Below are positions 13,080 through 27,772 of a stretch of DNA of 64,000 nt, one piece after another. Below the pieces are notes generated by a model. The model was not told the DNA's origin, searched no databases, and saw nothing but the letters and a program-made list of their open reading frames with translations. The position numbers and the translations under genes were made by a program. The stretch is taken from assembly GCA_028023455.1 (NCBI GenBank), contig JAQFVV010000003.1, positions 23,994,001 through 24,058,000 on the forward strand. Reading direction: 5' to 3'. This stretch comes from Epiperipatus broadwayi. Lineage: Eukaryota > Animalia > Onychophora. Positions within the stretch are counted from its first letter, which is position 1, and each line of letters starts with the position of its first letter.

Positions 13080-14248
13080 TCATCATCATCATTGTCAACC
13101 ATTATCAATCCACTGCAGGATGAAGGTCTCTCCAAGTTTAATCCATCTTCTCCGATCTTTAGCTTCTCTTCTCCACATCACCCCTACACACTTTCTTATT
13201 TCATTCATCCATCTCACATGTAGTCTCTTTCTGGGTCTTTAACAGTCCTTTGAAATCCAGTTTACAATTTCAATTGTCCATCTATTATCATCTCTTCTAA
13301 CAATATGTCCAGCCCAACTCCATTTCAGTCTTTTAATTTTTTCAATGAGGTCAGTAATACCTGTTTGTTCTCTTACCCTTACATTGCATTTTCGATCTCT
13401 TCTTGTTACTCCCAACATGCATCTCTCCATACTTCTTTGAGTGTTCTGAAGTCTCTGTATTGCTCTTCTATTAAGTGTCCAAGTCTCAGATCCATAAGTA
13501 AGAACTGACAAAACATATTTATTAAAAACCTTCCTTTTCAAACACATAGGCATATTTCCTTTTAGTATCAAGTTATTTCTACCAAAAACACTCCAACCAA
13601 GTTTAATTCTATGGTTAATTTCATCCATTATGTTTCCATCTGTATTAATAATCTGACCAAGGTATTTGTAACTGTTAACTTCTTTTAACTCATCATCTTT
13701 ATTTTCATTTTTGAGAAAATCTATTAATCATTACTTTAGTCTTTTTAATATTTATCTTTAGTCCTACTTTCATCTGATAACTCCTGTAACATTTCCTGTA
13801 GCTCTAAAGCATTGTTTGCAAAAGCAACTACATCATCTGCAAAATCTAAATGACTTAGATAATCTCCATTTACTTTCACTCCTTTAGCTTCCCATTTTAA
13901 TCCACAAAATATTTCTTGCAGCACTGCTGTAAAAAGTTTTGGAGATATGAAGTCACCCTGTCTTACACTCTTTTCAATGTTGATTTTCCTACTATCATTA
14001 TGTAATCTAATTGTTGCTGTTGCATTTTTATAAATATTCTTTAAAATATGACAATATCCTGGATCTACACCTTGATGATCCAATGCTTTAATCACTGAAG
14101 AAATTTTTATAGAATCAAATGCCTTTTCATAATCTACAAATCCTAAGCATAATGGCAACTCATATTCATTTGTCCTTTCTATAACTTCTCTCAATACCTG
14201 GATATGATCTATTGTACTAAAACCACTTTTAAATCCAGCTTGTTCTCT
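13080..14248 (-). mobile_element. 5'-truncated, disrupted RTE LINE copy (RT C-terminal half and 3' tail)
   Basis: ORF fragments 13745-14194 (DYEKAFDS, QGD, HLDFADD) and 13239-13628 closely match the 37296-40253 protein. The element ends in a (TGA)n tail. Confidence 0.95.
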
Positions 14249-17200
14249 TATTACAATACTTTAAATGATAATTAAATATAGGGAAATTGAGGCTTAAACT
14301 GCACAATTAACTTTTTGATATCAATTCAAATAAAATTTATGGCAAATAAAATTATTTTTTAGCTTAAATAAGACAGTTCTTTATTAGCTTTGAAGTGTAA
14401 ATAACTAAGTATACAACACAAATGTCTTTTAAAAAATTAAACACAGGCAAAAATTAGAATAACTATAGGAATATATATATTAAAACTAAACTTTTTCCTA
14501 AAATACTTCAATCTATACAAATAATGATTTGAAGAAATAAATACAATCAATATCATTAAGACAGTATTTAAAATTATTATTTATATATTTTCATTTTATT
14601 TGTTGATAATTCAAGTATAAGTTTATTGAAAAAGTTCAAATCAAAAATGCTGGATTAATAATAATGATCACAAAATTAATTAAATACTATAGATGTGCAT
14701 TATAATCACAAAAATAATTGAACTCTGAAATAATTGAATACTGTGTCATATACAATCACAAAAATAAGTATCACACTGTGTTAATGTCTTATGAATAAAT
14801 GTAAGCAAAGTATTTTAAAATAACATTGCAGAATAATGCTTATTCAAAAACTGAATAAAAAGGAGGCATAAATGAATGTTGCCAAAGGTTAAATAATATT
14901 GAAAAATGAGGAAAAGTTTTGAAACATATATAATTTTTACAGGTTAAAAGAGAGAAGCATTAGAATTTAGTGTATTCAAAGTTGAAATATGTATCATAAA
15001 GATTCATGTATGTTCTCTATCCTTAAAATAATTATTTGGATTTAATATGAATGAAAGCAATTTTTATCAGGAACAAAAAATCATGATAGTTATAATATGC
15101 TAATTGGGTGGTAATAATAAATTAAAAACTTTTAATTTTGATATCATACAAGACACAGACAAAAGGGAAGTTGCATAGAATATGGCAAAAGTAATTTGCA
15201 CTACAGATATATAAAACTGAAGAGATTTGAGGTAGAAAGCATTATATACCCATGGACATGATTATTGATGATGATGGCATTTTTAAAATTAAATATTTTA
15301 ATGTTGCAAGAATAAGATGAAGGTATTATTGCAATTTATAATTTTTTGTTGAACTCAAACTTCCTTAATCTTTTAAAAAATTACTTTTATATTATTTAAA
15401 CATCTGTATTGGTGTTTTTCTTTACCATTGAAATTCTTTATCTCTGAGTAAACTAAACTCAATTATAACTTGGATAAGATCTTCTATTGAGTATATAAAT
15501 TTTGCAGTCTGATTATTTTCTGCTTGGAGGAAAGAAGTCAACATTTGGGGGAAAAGTCTGTAAACATACATGCATTGAAATGAAATTGATAATAAATGTG
15601 CCAAATTGTTTCTCACAGCTCCATAATTTCTGAAAAAGTTGAGAGTCTAAATGAAATACTCTGATGAAGCAAGATAGTTGATAATGTTGATAGTTATGTC
15701 CATATCAAGCAATTCATTATTGTTTTTATTATTTAACAATTCACTTTGTACACATAAAAAATACAGAAATAACCACCTTATTGAAACCCAAATACTTTCT
15801 GCACTTTTCTGTTAAACACTTGCCCACAACATAATTTAAACAAAATCAAGAGTTCTTTTAACTCCTCTGCCGTATTTATAACCATATAAGTATACATCAG
15901 TTATTATTATATTCAGTAATTGTTCAACCTTTTCTTTATCATGATATTGCTAAATCTCTATGAATTAAAGGACTTGTAGTATAGTATTGGTTAATACATA
16001 TACATGTCATGCTCACAATTTGGAGTTTGATTTTGGATGTTAGTAAACCTTAGAAATATTTTCAGGTCTCAAGCACCCTTATAATTTTTTTTAGATTAAC
16101 TGATATATGGCCATCAAGTATTAGATATGCTGATTATAAAATATAAATATATAATATCTTGTGGTCTTTGTCAATAGTATGAGAAAAAAGATGTAATATA
16201 CCAATATATGCTATAGTTTTTCTCTAATAATGAAATTAGCTTTTAATATTTGTTAATAAAATCATCTGAGTTATTTATGAATTTCCTATATATATATTTT
16301 CCTGTAAAAGCACAATGCTTTTATAAAAATCATAGACTATCAGATTTGCATCTAATTTGCATATATAGATGCATAATATTATTTTGATCAAGAGTAATTT
16401 ATTTAGCTATTTTTGTTGTATTTTAAAATATTATATATTTACAAAAATCATTTGCAGATGTTTGATATGTAAGAGTATTGAACATATATATATATATATC
16501 TTATTCAGTCTTTCCAAGTATTTTAAAGGTTCCCCTAAGAGATTTTAAATTGACCATCATTTTTATTTATGTCTTAAATTGATTCCAGTCTAATTGAAGG
16601 TTCTGAAGAATTGAAGATCTTTCCCCACAATATATATTTAATTTTGCAAAAGCCTCAGAAGCATTGTCATCCCTATGTAAGAAGCAGATATCTTTATTTA
16701 AAATTGTATTTCAGTACTGATATAAAATAGCATTTGCAAATTAAAATGAAATTAATTTCAAAATATTTTTTATTTATTTTAAGTATAAATAGATGTATGT
16801 ATGCATTCATAAAAATGGAACATTTCAAACAATTTTTTTTTGTATTGTCATAAAAACAACAACAATAACATAATAATAGGGTTACAATTTTCTATAAATT
16901 TTATTTTATTATATGAACTATTATAAAATAAATAAATAACACTCTCAACATTTCAACTATATATTTTTTTTATTAAGGAACAAACTAAAAAATACATAAA
17001 AAAATAATAAATATAAATATTTCACAATAATTATAACAAATATAAATAACTTTTATCTTAAAACTCTTTTAACAAATAATCTTAAATTTCTATTTACATT
17101 CATTTCTTAAATACCTTTTTAAAAATAATTCCTTATAATTATTCAGTTAAATCAACCTATTATTCTTTTTTTTTTCAATTAACAACCTATTTATTACAGG

Positions 17201-19550
17201 TTTCATTTCAGTAATATAAATTCCTTCTCTTATAATTCTTTCATATTACAATCTAATACATTCTAAAGGTTCTATTTTAAAATATTTATGTTTAAATTTA
17301 TTTATATGACCATAAACTGCAGAATTTTTATCATTTAAATGCTGTGTTTGGTGGTTATTGATTTAATTTATTAGAATTTGCTCATGTTAATACCATACAC
17401 ATACAAAAAAATAAAACTTAATGAATTTTGTTAATTCTTTGAAAATAGATTTGTTTTTATCTTTTATTATTTCAAGAAAAGACAATTCATTTGTTTATTT
17501 GTTTTTTTTTCATTTATGTAGAAATTAATAATAATCAAAATTCTCCCTTGTTTGTTGTAGTTGCATTGCTTATTATCTTTACACTTTGAAGCAATTTAAA
17601 ATAAATTTTTAAACCTTGGAAGAAAAAAGTGAAGACAGAAATTCCTTACATGAGCTGGATTTGATTATGGAAAAAAAGTGAGAGAGAAAAGGATATTTTT
17701 GCACAGTCATCATTTATTATCCTCATATAGTATACAAATAAACAAATAAAGAAAAACAATTAGAAATTCAATGTTTAATAAATATATTTGAGTTTTGAGT
17801 GAATGTAGAATGAGTAAATGGTTTATTTATTAAAATTAAAAATAAAATATTTTTAATTATATCATATTGAGTTATAACAATGGATTTTATTAAGTTTGAA
17901 AGAAAGAAAATTTTCATGCTTCATGAGCTAATGTTTAAAAGACAGTGTTATTGTTGCTATCAGATAATGGAAAAGGCTCAGCACCTCCCTTTTTTTCTTC
18001 TTAAAAAAATTGTTTTATTTTACTTATTTACATCAAAAGTCTGAGGATTTATGATAAAAATTATAATGTACTGTGAATAGAGATCACATGGGGGGGTACA
18101 TAATTTCACCTCAGTTAATATCTGCATAAATAAAGAAAATGGATAACAATAAATGCTATGCTGACTATCCAGAGCCATTGAACCATTGGATTTTCCATGG
18201 ATAGCAGTGTTTATAAAAAGAATAGTTGGATATCATCTAATAATACAATGCTTATTGAACCCTACATCTTTATTTGTTGTCATGGGGGTATTAAAGAAGT
18301 CACCATAGGAGATTAGAACTGTAATCAAACTTGATAATGAATGCCAATAAATAAATCTTTCTTAAAATTATCTGATCAAATACCTTTTGCTTTTTTTAAT
18401 AGTCAAAGATTTAACAGCAACACACTGATATACATCTATCCAATTTTTCCTTTTTTAATAATTTAAATTATTAATGCAGTCTATTTATTAATCAATACAC
18501 ATCTAATCAATAAATAAAGTAAATAAGACTTAAGTTGATCATTGATGTAATTTTAGAAAATAAATCAAAATTAAAATATAGCTAATATTTAACATTTAGT
18601 TTAAATGTATAAAATGATCATTATAATGAAATCATTACTTGATTCAAAGAAAAGGAGATATTTTAAAAAAATAATATAAAATTTTGTTTTATATTGTATT
18701 AAAAAATATGTATTTAAATCTTTTGTGAACATGCATGTTAATTATCTTTAGGTATAGATTGTACCTAGCAATTGCAATTATTAAAATTAAAGTTATGTTA
18801 TTTATCTTAACCAATTTAAACTTATATTTTATTATTAATCTAGGCATCATTTGATTTACCTATCACAAACATTACTCTATTACACAAGTTATTTTATTAC
18901 TAAAATATTTAGTCATATATCCTATACTATACGCTCATTAAAAATAAACCATTTATTTATTGAATTTTTTTATTGCCAAATAAAATACTTACCTACACTT
19001 GAACTCACTGATGCCTTTATAAATTCATAAGTCTATTATAACATAAATTTAGATTATTATAAATCCATTTGTGGATCAGCTTATTCATCTGTCTACCAGT
19101 AATATTGTGACTCGAATATGTAGAACATTTGGGAGAAACTGCTTTGTTCACAATTTTATCAATTACAATATATACAATATTTAAATAAATTTAAAGTTAT
19201 ATATTAGAAATATAACAAAAAATGTAATAATCCCATCGTTTACTGAGCAATTATCAAAATTTGGTTTGTCATTTACTTATATGTATTTTAGGAATTTATC
19301 GTTTGTAAATATGATACTTGTTTTTATAGTAATGCAATCACTGACTTCACGTAAAACATGACAGAGCAATGCAGAAAACAAAATAGAGAAATTTAATACA
19401 TGCATAAGTTTACACATTTCTTATTAATTTATGAATTTTAATAATTTTATTTTTGTTCATTTACATTTTTTTTTTAATAGAATATAATTGAATTAACAGA
19501 AACTCTAATGAAGTTTTACCTAACAAATAAGAGAATTGTATATAAATTAC

Positions 19551-19897
19551 TCATCATCATCAACCATTATCAATTCACTGCAGGTTGAAGGTCTCTCCAA
19601 GTTCAAACCATCTCCAATCTTTAGCTTTTCTTCTACACATCACCCCTGCGCACTTTCTTATTTCATCTATTCATCTCACATGTGGGCTCTTTCTGTGTCT
19701 TTTACAATCTTTTGGAATCCAGTTTAAGATTTCAATTGTCCATCTATTATCATTTCTTCTAGCAATATGTCCAACCCAACTCCACTTCTATCTTATTTTT
19801 TTTCAATGAGGTCAATAACACCTGTTTGTTCTCTTACCCATATATTGTGTTTTCAATCTCTTCTTTTTACTTCTAACATGTATCTCGACATACTTCT
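19551..19897 (-). mobile_element. RTE LINE 3' end fragment
   Basis: Matches 37282-37640 (catcatcaaccattatcaattcactgcagg...). Confidence 0.9.
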
Positions 19898-20602
19898 TTA
19901 TTTATTATTTTAATATATCATCATTTTTCATCAAATACTTTTGTGAGGGGAACAATCTTTATATCTGTTTGGAGAAATCTTGCTTAGAGGATATATTTTT
20001 ATTAAAAAGTAATTATCAAGTTCAGTCAGAAAATTGTTCTTTTTTTTTTTTTCATTTTCAAATTGTCAGACAGTTGATTTATAATTTGAGTAGAATTCTA
20101 TCACCCAAAACACTGTGATATATATTAGTCTTTGTGTTACTGCTATCAGTTGAAATGTAATTGAAAAAGTGTAAATAAAGTTTGAATTTTTAAAAAATCT
20201 TTGGAGAAAATAGTTCAACATATAGCTACAAATAAAATTTCATTATTGCAAACCTTCAGACAAACAAGATGTAGTTGATAACTTTTTAGATTCAAATTTT
20301 AGTTTTGCTAAATTATGAATCACTCTTAATTAAATAATCATTTTATTAACCATCCATTTGGGAGTCTTTTTTTTTTTTGACTTTGACATTTAGTTATTAC
20401 TTTTTTTAATAACAGGTAATTTAACTTTACTCCATGTTGTAAAATTTTATTTAGTTGTTTCTATATTCATTGATGCATTATTTATAGCTTTATTTATTTA
20501 AGAGCTTAAAAAGTATTATACAAAAAAATTAAAAAATTACAATTGTTAAATTTTATGTGTGCACATTTATATGGACACTATCACATACTATTTTTCATTC
20601 AG

Positions 20603-20633
20603 CAACCCTTTTGTTGCATCCTTGGTTAATGAT
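20603..20633 (+). other. Candidate 31-nt micro-exon (NPFVASLVND)
   Basis: Flanked by the acceptor tatttttcattcag and the donor gtgagt, with an open frame. No partner exons were found. Confidence 0.3.
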
Positions 20634-21857
20634 GTGAGTGTGCTTGCTCTTTCTGAATTTATTACTATATTGTGTTTTTATAGCTGTGTGTTATACTTTT
20701 TTGTTGGTGGTACATTTTAATAATAAAATTGTATTAAATGTATATGTATACAAGATATCTACTATATATATACACACGTTAGTATTATACATAATTTCAA
20801 GTATCCATTGGAAGGCTTGAAATCAAATGGTAATGAAAAGAAAGAAATTATTGCATTTTTTCTAAATCTGCCACTTTTTTCTAATATTCACTAATGTCTG
20901 ATTAAGTTAAGTTTTGTTAAAGTTTAGTTGAAGTGTTTAAATCTAAGAATAGCTTCTTTTGTCCACAATATCATCTTTTATTACTAATATATATATATTA
21001 TAAATGCTTTGGGAATCTTGTGGTGTTTAAGCACCCAAGTAAGTAGTCGAGGACAGAGGTTCGAATTATTGTTTTGCCAAATTTATAAAATATTAATTTT
21101 GTTTTTATTTTCTTATAATCTTTTCTTTAACGTTTTCTTTCTCTTCATCCGTTAGGTTTTTTTTACTTTATACTAAAACGTTAATTTTTTTTTACAAAAA
21201 TCAATTTTTTAAAAGAAATTATTCCATTTTCTAACAGTGTGTGAGCAATTAAATAGGAGTTAAAACCATCTGAAACTTGGCAATGTTTAGTATATTTAAT
21301 ATAATCCAATTAGCAAGAGTGTCAGTAAGGTGTGAGAGAAAGATTAATCTAAAATGTAACTTGAGAAGTACAACTCTTGGGGAGAAATTAATTTCTTTTT
21401 TTTTGAACACATACACACTAAAAGAAAACATTTTAAAATTAAGGGAAAAAAATTTTTAAATTTTAATTTACAGTTTAATTGAATGATTAGTATATTACTG
21501 CAGGTGAACAATTAAGCTTAAATTGGTCTTTTTTTAAATGGTGTATGTCCATGTCACTTTTTACAGAAATTGAATGAAAGATTGTTTCCTATTTTAAACA
21601 AACCACGTTAAGAAAATATTGATTTATTATCTCTTTAAAGGATTTTTATAATATATATATATATTGTTTTTTATGAATATAAAAGGGTCTCTTGGTGCTA
21701 CAGTAATACATCCACCTGCTATACTTGTGATCTGAATTCAAATACGGGCTGAATAAATTCAAAAATTTTCAACAAACTTGGGAAATTTTTAGAGCAATAT
21801 TGATAATGGTTAGTTAAATGAGTATTTTTTTTTCTCTAAAACCTAAAGAAAAGTTGA

Positions 21858-21971
21858 TAAACTGTTCATTACATTATCACCCAGTAATTATCAAGCCTGA
21901 TGAATATTACCTTCTAAACTGTTCATTACATTATCACCCAGTAATTATCAAGCCTGATGAATATTACCTTC
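21858..21971. repeat. Exact 57-bp tandem duplication
   Basis: taaactgttcattac...gaatattaccttc occurs twice, at 21858 and 21915. Confidence 0.95.
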
Positions 21972-22801
21972 TTCATTGTTCCTCTATGAGGGGCTGTTGG
22001 ATAGATCTTATCCTTGGAGTTGGCTATTTAAAATCTATTTTATCAATGTTTACATATATTGAGTTCTTTGTCCAAAAGTTGTTTAAGTAAACAGTTTAAT
22101 AGCATTCTATGAACGATTAATTATATTTGTTCATATCTAATATTTGTTTCTTATTTTCACTACTTTTTTCAATATTTTTTTTTGTTTTAAAAATGTTAAT
22201 TTTAAAATTATGTTATAAACTTTAATAAGCTCCTTACATCATTAATATATATATATAAAGTTGGAATAACATGAAAGCTAAAATCTTCGAAAGATGCACT
22301 TTAAACATGCTTATGGGACAGCTAATCAGATGTAATAATGACTGCATGTTGAACTCTCAATTCTAAAACACAAATCAGAACTATAAGAAAAAGATGAAAC
22401 CCACCTTCTTCTATAGTGTTCCCATGATGCAATTGTATACCCCACCCAACCTGCACATTTGCATACAGCAGCTCTGGTAGAGCTGTATCAGTGACCCAAA
22501 TGAGATTTATTTTGGGATCAGAATATATCAAAAGGCATTAAATGATGACTATATGTCATAACAGTGAAAAGTCTCATTAAATATGGATGTAAAGTTTAAT
22601 AGTTGAAGGAAAAAGTTGGAAAGAGAAGTGATAGTTACAGAAATGAATTACTTGCAAAGATCTGTAGAAAGAAGAGAATAGGTAAGCAAAAAAAAAAAAA
22701 AATTGAGAAATAATGAATATAGTAAATGTGATCAGAGCAACAATGATATGTAGAAGTATAGAAGTTGTCTCAAACAAATTACAAAGCAAATATTTAAATA
22801 C

Positions 22802-23056
22802 TTTTAAGACAGGCTTTAACCTGTATCATGGTGCTTTGAAATTTATAATAGTCAAGCAATATCTTTATTTTGCTGATAGAGGGACCTCTCAAACAAGTGG
22901 AAAGTTAGGTTAAAGATAAGATGGCCACTCTTATTTTTATAAAACTCTCTATCTTGTGTCTTCATTTGAGAGGTCCCTTTATCAGCAATGTAAAGATATT
23001 GCTTGACTATTATAAATTTCAAGGTGTTATGATACAGGTTAAAGCCTGTATTAAAA
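22802..23056. repeat. Fold-back element, ~92-bp arms and ~70-bp spacer
   Basis: 22802-22893 is the reverse complement of 22965-23056 with few mismatches. Confidence 0.9.
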
Positions 23057-23869
23057 ATATTTACATATACTTTTTGTGCACTTAATAAATAATTACAACT
23101 TTACAAAAGCAAATGTTAAAACTGATACTTATTAAGATAAGGAAAATGTTCAAAAAGGAATTGGTAAGAAGAAATAAAGAAAAAAAATAGAAAAAGTAAT
23201 TTACAGGAAGGTTTATAATCTGATATAGAGGCATGATATTTAAGATGTCACTAGAGTGTTATAGATTAATAAGAAAAATAAATAAATGAAACTTTTACAT
23301 TTTGTCAATTAAAGAACAACACAAAAACAAAAAAATTGGGGGGAAATGGAAAAATTGTTACAAGCAAAATGACTAAGGAGGATATTAACTATGATGTTAT
23401 TGACAGGATTGTGTAGCATCTGAAAATAGAGTTTAAAAATAGATGAAAAATACAAAGAAAAATGGAAAAGACAAAGTAAAAAAATCAGAAACACATGTAA
23501 AAATATGCATAAATCTAAAAATAATCATTGTCTAGAGTAGCATTAAAAAGTTAATTTAAAAATAATGGGAATTATGAATATAGAGTTGAAGTTGTTTTTA
23601 TTTTAACAGATTGCTTTAAATGTAATATTTTCTTCATTTTCATTTTTTTATCCAAAATTCATAAAAATGAACAGCTTTTTAAAATTTGGAGTATTGTGTA
23701 ATCATATTTCAGTTGTAAAGATTTTATTTTTAATAAGAACCTCATTTTTTTTTTTTTTTGGAAATTAAGAATGTGTTTTTTTGGTGATTTGGAAAACTAT
23801 TTTATTTATGTTTCCATAGAGTTAGATTGTGTCAATGGTTTTAAATTTAATTTTTAAAGTTGTTTTTTA

Positions 23870-26800
23870 ATGTGTATATCCAACATGTTTATAAATATTA
23901 CACAGAATAAAAAAATTTAAAATAAAAAGAAAAATAGATATTCATGGCAACTAACTTAAACTGAATGGTTAATATTCCAAAGCATGCTCAATAGGACACT
24001 CATACTATGTTGATTAATGATGTCATTAGACTTAGCAATAAACCAAGCATCTTTTAACCTCCTCTTTCTTTCATTAGGCTCATTGCAAATAGCGCTAATC
24101 ATTTGGGGAAAACATTCATATCAACTGATTTTTTCATGATTGAAAAGTACTGAATTAACATGAGATTCCATTTTAGATTTTCTATATTGATAAGCATGTT
24201 GCTGTAACCTTGTTGATATATTAGCCTTTGTTTCCCCATAATAAATAGCATCACAATCAGACTCATGGCAAATAATTAAATAAACTACTTCATGTTTATC
24301 ATCACCATCCACATTATCTTTTGAATTATTTATCAACCTTTTAAACATAAGGGTGATCTAAGACCAACATTATAATCTTTACCAATTATTTCCCTCAATT
24401 TTATATTTATAGACACCATATATGCAAAGAAATCCATTCCTTATCTGTTTTCTTCTTTGCCTCGATATTTTGTTTTAACCTAACCTTATTATAAAATAAA
24501 CATAATTGTCTATACAACAAACTTTTATTGTATCCTACACTTATTAAATCATTAATTTATCCATCAATATTTCTTGTTCCATATACATCACATTTACACT
24601 AATATAGATTACGATTCAAAAAATATTTAAATCCAGCTAATTTATAATTTAATGATAATCATGATGATGGATGTATAAACCCTTTACATTTAATGGTTTA
24701 ATAACCATTTTATACACAAACTCTTTATTATCTCTCTATATATTTAAATCTAAGTAATTCAAAGACATATTATTCTGAAGTTCCATAGTCCATACTAAAC
24801 CTGAATTATTATTCAAATTAACGAAAATATTTTCAATCAATTTTCTTGGTTCATGCACAAACACATCATAAACATATCTCATGTACAAAATATTATTATT
24901 GTCATTTATAAATTATTGTACAATATATTTTTCCATTTCTGAAACATATAATCTACAAATAATACCACTTACAGCCAAACCCATTAGGCAACCATTCTTA
25001 ATTTGATGCTTATACTCCCCATATCTTGCAGTAATTTCACTATCAATCCATTGCTATACATCTATAATAAATTTTGCTTCACATACATCTACACCATAAT
25101 CTATTAAATGTTTTTTAATTATATTTATAGATTGTTCATGATCCACAGATCCATATAATTCACAAACATCCAATGAGGTCATATAATAATCCTGAACATT
25201 TTTAGCAGATTCTAAAACATGTATAAATTCAAAAATCTTGCAACCATTTTGTAACCGGCTGAGGTGCTTTGTGGTAATTTTAGCCACCAAAGTCAATCAT
25301 TAATCTCAACAGAGCATTCTTTTTATGTATCTTAACATTAGCAAACATTCTTGGAATAATTGCTGCTGAGGGATAAATTCTCAAATATTCTTTTCTCATA
25401 AATACTTTCCCCACACATGGACACAAAACTTGGAAATAAACTGATTTTTTTAATACACTTAAATTATAGTTTTTTATTCTTTAAAATTTCAAATTACTAA
25501 TTTGCTTACACATTTTTTCATTACATACATATTTACTCATAAAACCAGTCTGTTGCCTTTGTCCTCCTTCATACATATAATGTTTTCTTCTTGTAACATA
25601 CATTTAAACCTATTAACTGTTTTATACCAACAATTACCCATTTAACAATGGAGCCATTTTTTAAATTACATCTTTTTTCACTGTAAACACATGGGCTGTC
25701 TATACTTCCACAATAATTTTCATATTTGGGTTATTCCAATCCCCACAAACAAACCTTGGACCATATTCTAATAAAGTCTTAAACTCCAATGACATTTCCA
25801 CATTTGACAAACTTACATAATTTTTTCGCCTGTCATTATAAACAATTACATTTTGTTTCTGTATCAAAAACTTAAATTTATTATCAAATTTACATTGCAA
25901 ATAAATCTTAATTTTCCACATCAGCTAATAATGTCAATTCCTTCTCGCTACATTTACATATAACTGTCTTTTACATCTTTTAGCAATAAATTTCAATAAC
26001 ATCATTTGCATTAAATCAATACCTTCTTTCCTCAAATAAATAGATTGATCATTAACAACTCTACAACAATTCAGAAATACCTTATAACAGTGGCTCTCAG
26101 CCTTTCTCATGCTGTGACCCTTTAATACAGTTCCTTATGTTATGGTGATCCAACCTTTAATTTTGCTACTATTTGGAATTGAAAATATGCTTTTTACTGG
26201 TCTAAGTGCCCTCTGTGAAAGCTGTTGTTCGACCCTCAAAGGGGTTGTGACCCACAGGTTGAGAACTGCTGTCTTATAATGTATGCACTTTTTCAAAAAT
26301 TTTAATCATTCTTCTATTTTAACAATCCCTTTAAATAACTTCATAGTCTCCACATGCTTCTAATCATAATGATAATCCATAATATACTGTAATGTAGTAA
26401 ATAAATAAGTCTCCAACTCTGTTCCAAATGTAAATATCAACAAGTATATAAATATTACACAGAGTAAAAAAATAAATACTAATTAATGAAGTGCTTTTGA
26501 TAGTGTAAACCAGATTCATGGAGACTAATTTAAACTGAACGGTTAGTATTTCAGTGCATGCTCAATCGGACACAAATATTACATTGATTAATGACACCAT
26601 TAGACTTAGCAATAAAGCAAATCTCTTTTAACTTCCTCTTCCTATCATTAGGTTCATTGCAAATAACACATATTTGAGGAAAACATTCATGCCCGTTAAG
26701 TCTCTCATGATTAAAATATTGAATTAACCTGAAATTCCATATTAGATTTTCTATATTGATAAACATGTCACCACAACCTTGTTGTTATGTTAGCTTTTGT

Positions 26801-27772
26801 TTCTCATGATAAATAGCATTACAACCAGACTCGTGTCAAATAATTGAATATATAACTCCATATTTATCATCACCATCCACACTATGTTTTGAATTATTTA
26901 TCAACCTATTTAAACTTAAAGATGATATAAGACTAATATTATACTCTTTACCAATTATTTCCTTCAATTTCATATTTATAGATACCACATATGCCAAAAA
27001 AAATCCATTCCTTATCTATTTTCTTTTTTGCCTCCATATTTTGTTTAAACCTAACCTTATAAAATAAACCTAGTTGTCTATACAACAAACTTTTATTGTA
27101 GCTCACACACATTAAAACATTAATATATCCCTCAAGATTTCTTTTTCTATCTGCTTCATATTTACACAAACATAAATTATGATTCAAAAAACTTTTAAAT
27201 CTAGCTAATTCATAATTTAATATCTGTGATAGTGGATGTATAAAACCTCTTACATTTAATGGTTTAATACATAAAATCTTTATGATTTATATATATATGT
27301 CTAAATAATTCAAAGACATTATCCTCAAATTCCATAGTCAATACTAAACCCAAATTCTTATTCAAACTAAGGAAAATATCTTCAATCAATTTCCTTGGTC
27401 CATACACAAGCATATCCACATTTCTCATATACAAAATATTATCATTGTTATTTATAAATGGCTCTACAATATTTTCTATTTCTGAAATATACAAACTACA
27501 AATAACACCACCTACTGATATATCTTGCAGTAATATCACTATCGATTTATTCCAAAACATCTATAATAAATTTCACTTTACATACATCTACATCATAATC
27601 TATTAAAAGTTTTTAAATTATATTTATAGATTGTCCATGATCCACATATCCATATAATTCACAAACATCCATTGAGGTCATATAATAATCCTAAACATTT
27701 CAAACAGATTCTGAAACATGTACAAATGTAAATTTAATCATAAACCTGCTAAGTCCTATAAAATATTGCTAA
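23870..27772 (-). mobile_element. Decayed Penelope-like retroelement partial tandem (5'-truncated copy + pLTR + full copy + pLTR remnant); left arm of a palindrome
   Basis: Fragments carry RT motifs (SLDVCELYGSV; LSNVEMSLEFKTLLEYGPRF) and GIY-YIG motifs (VVYLIICHESDCDAIYYGETKANISTRLQQH; RKRKLKE). Confidence 0.9.
26088..26271. mobile_element. hAT-Charlie MITE resembling SPIN/URR1
   Basis: Ends cagtggctctcagcc and ggttgagaactgctg. 8-bp TSD ccttataa/tcttataa. The internal sequence (gaccctttaatacagttcc...gttcgaccctcaaaggggttgtgacccacaggttgag) matches the URR1/SPIN MITE consensus as I recall it. The empty site, with a single copy of the TSD, is at ~29213-29220. Confidence 0.85.

Noticed and set aside
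14560-16060. Possible further decayed LINE fragments on both strands
   Set aside because: Strand-biased composition and a tgatgatg-like end are present, but no diagnostic motif could be read.
21897-21930. CTGATGA in the 57-bp duplication as a hammerhead core
   Set aside because: There is no downstream GAAA, stem II or stem I complementarity.
22872-22900. ctgatagagggacctctcaaac as a hammerhead relic
   Set aside because: The core spacing is wrong and there is no stem I or stem III.
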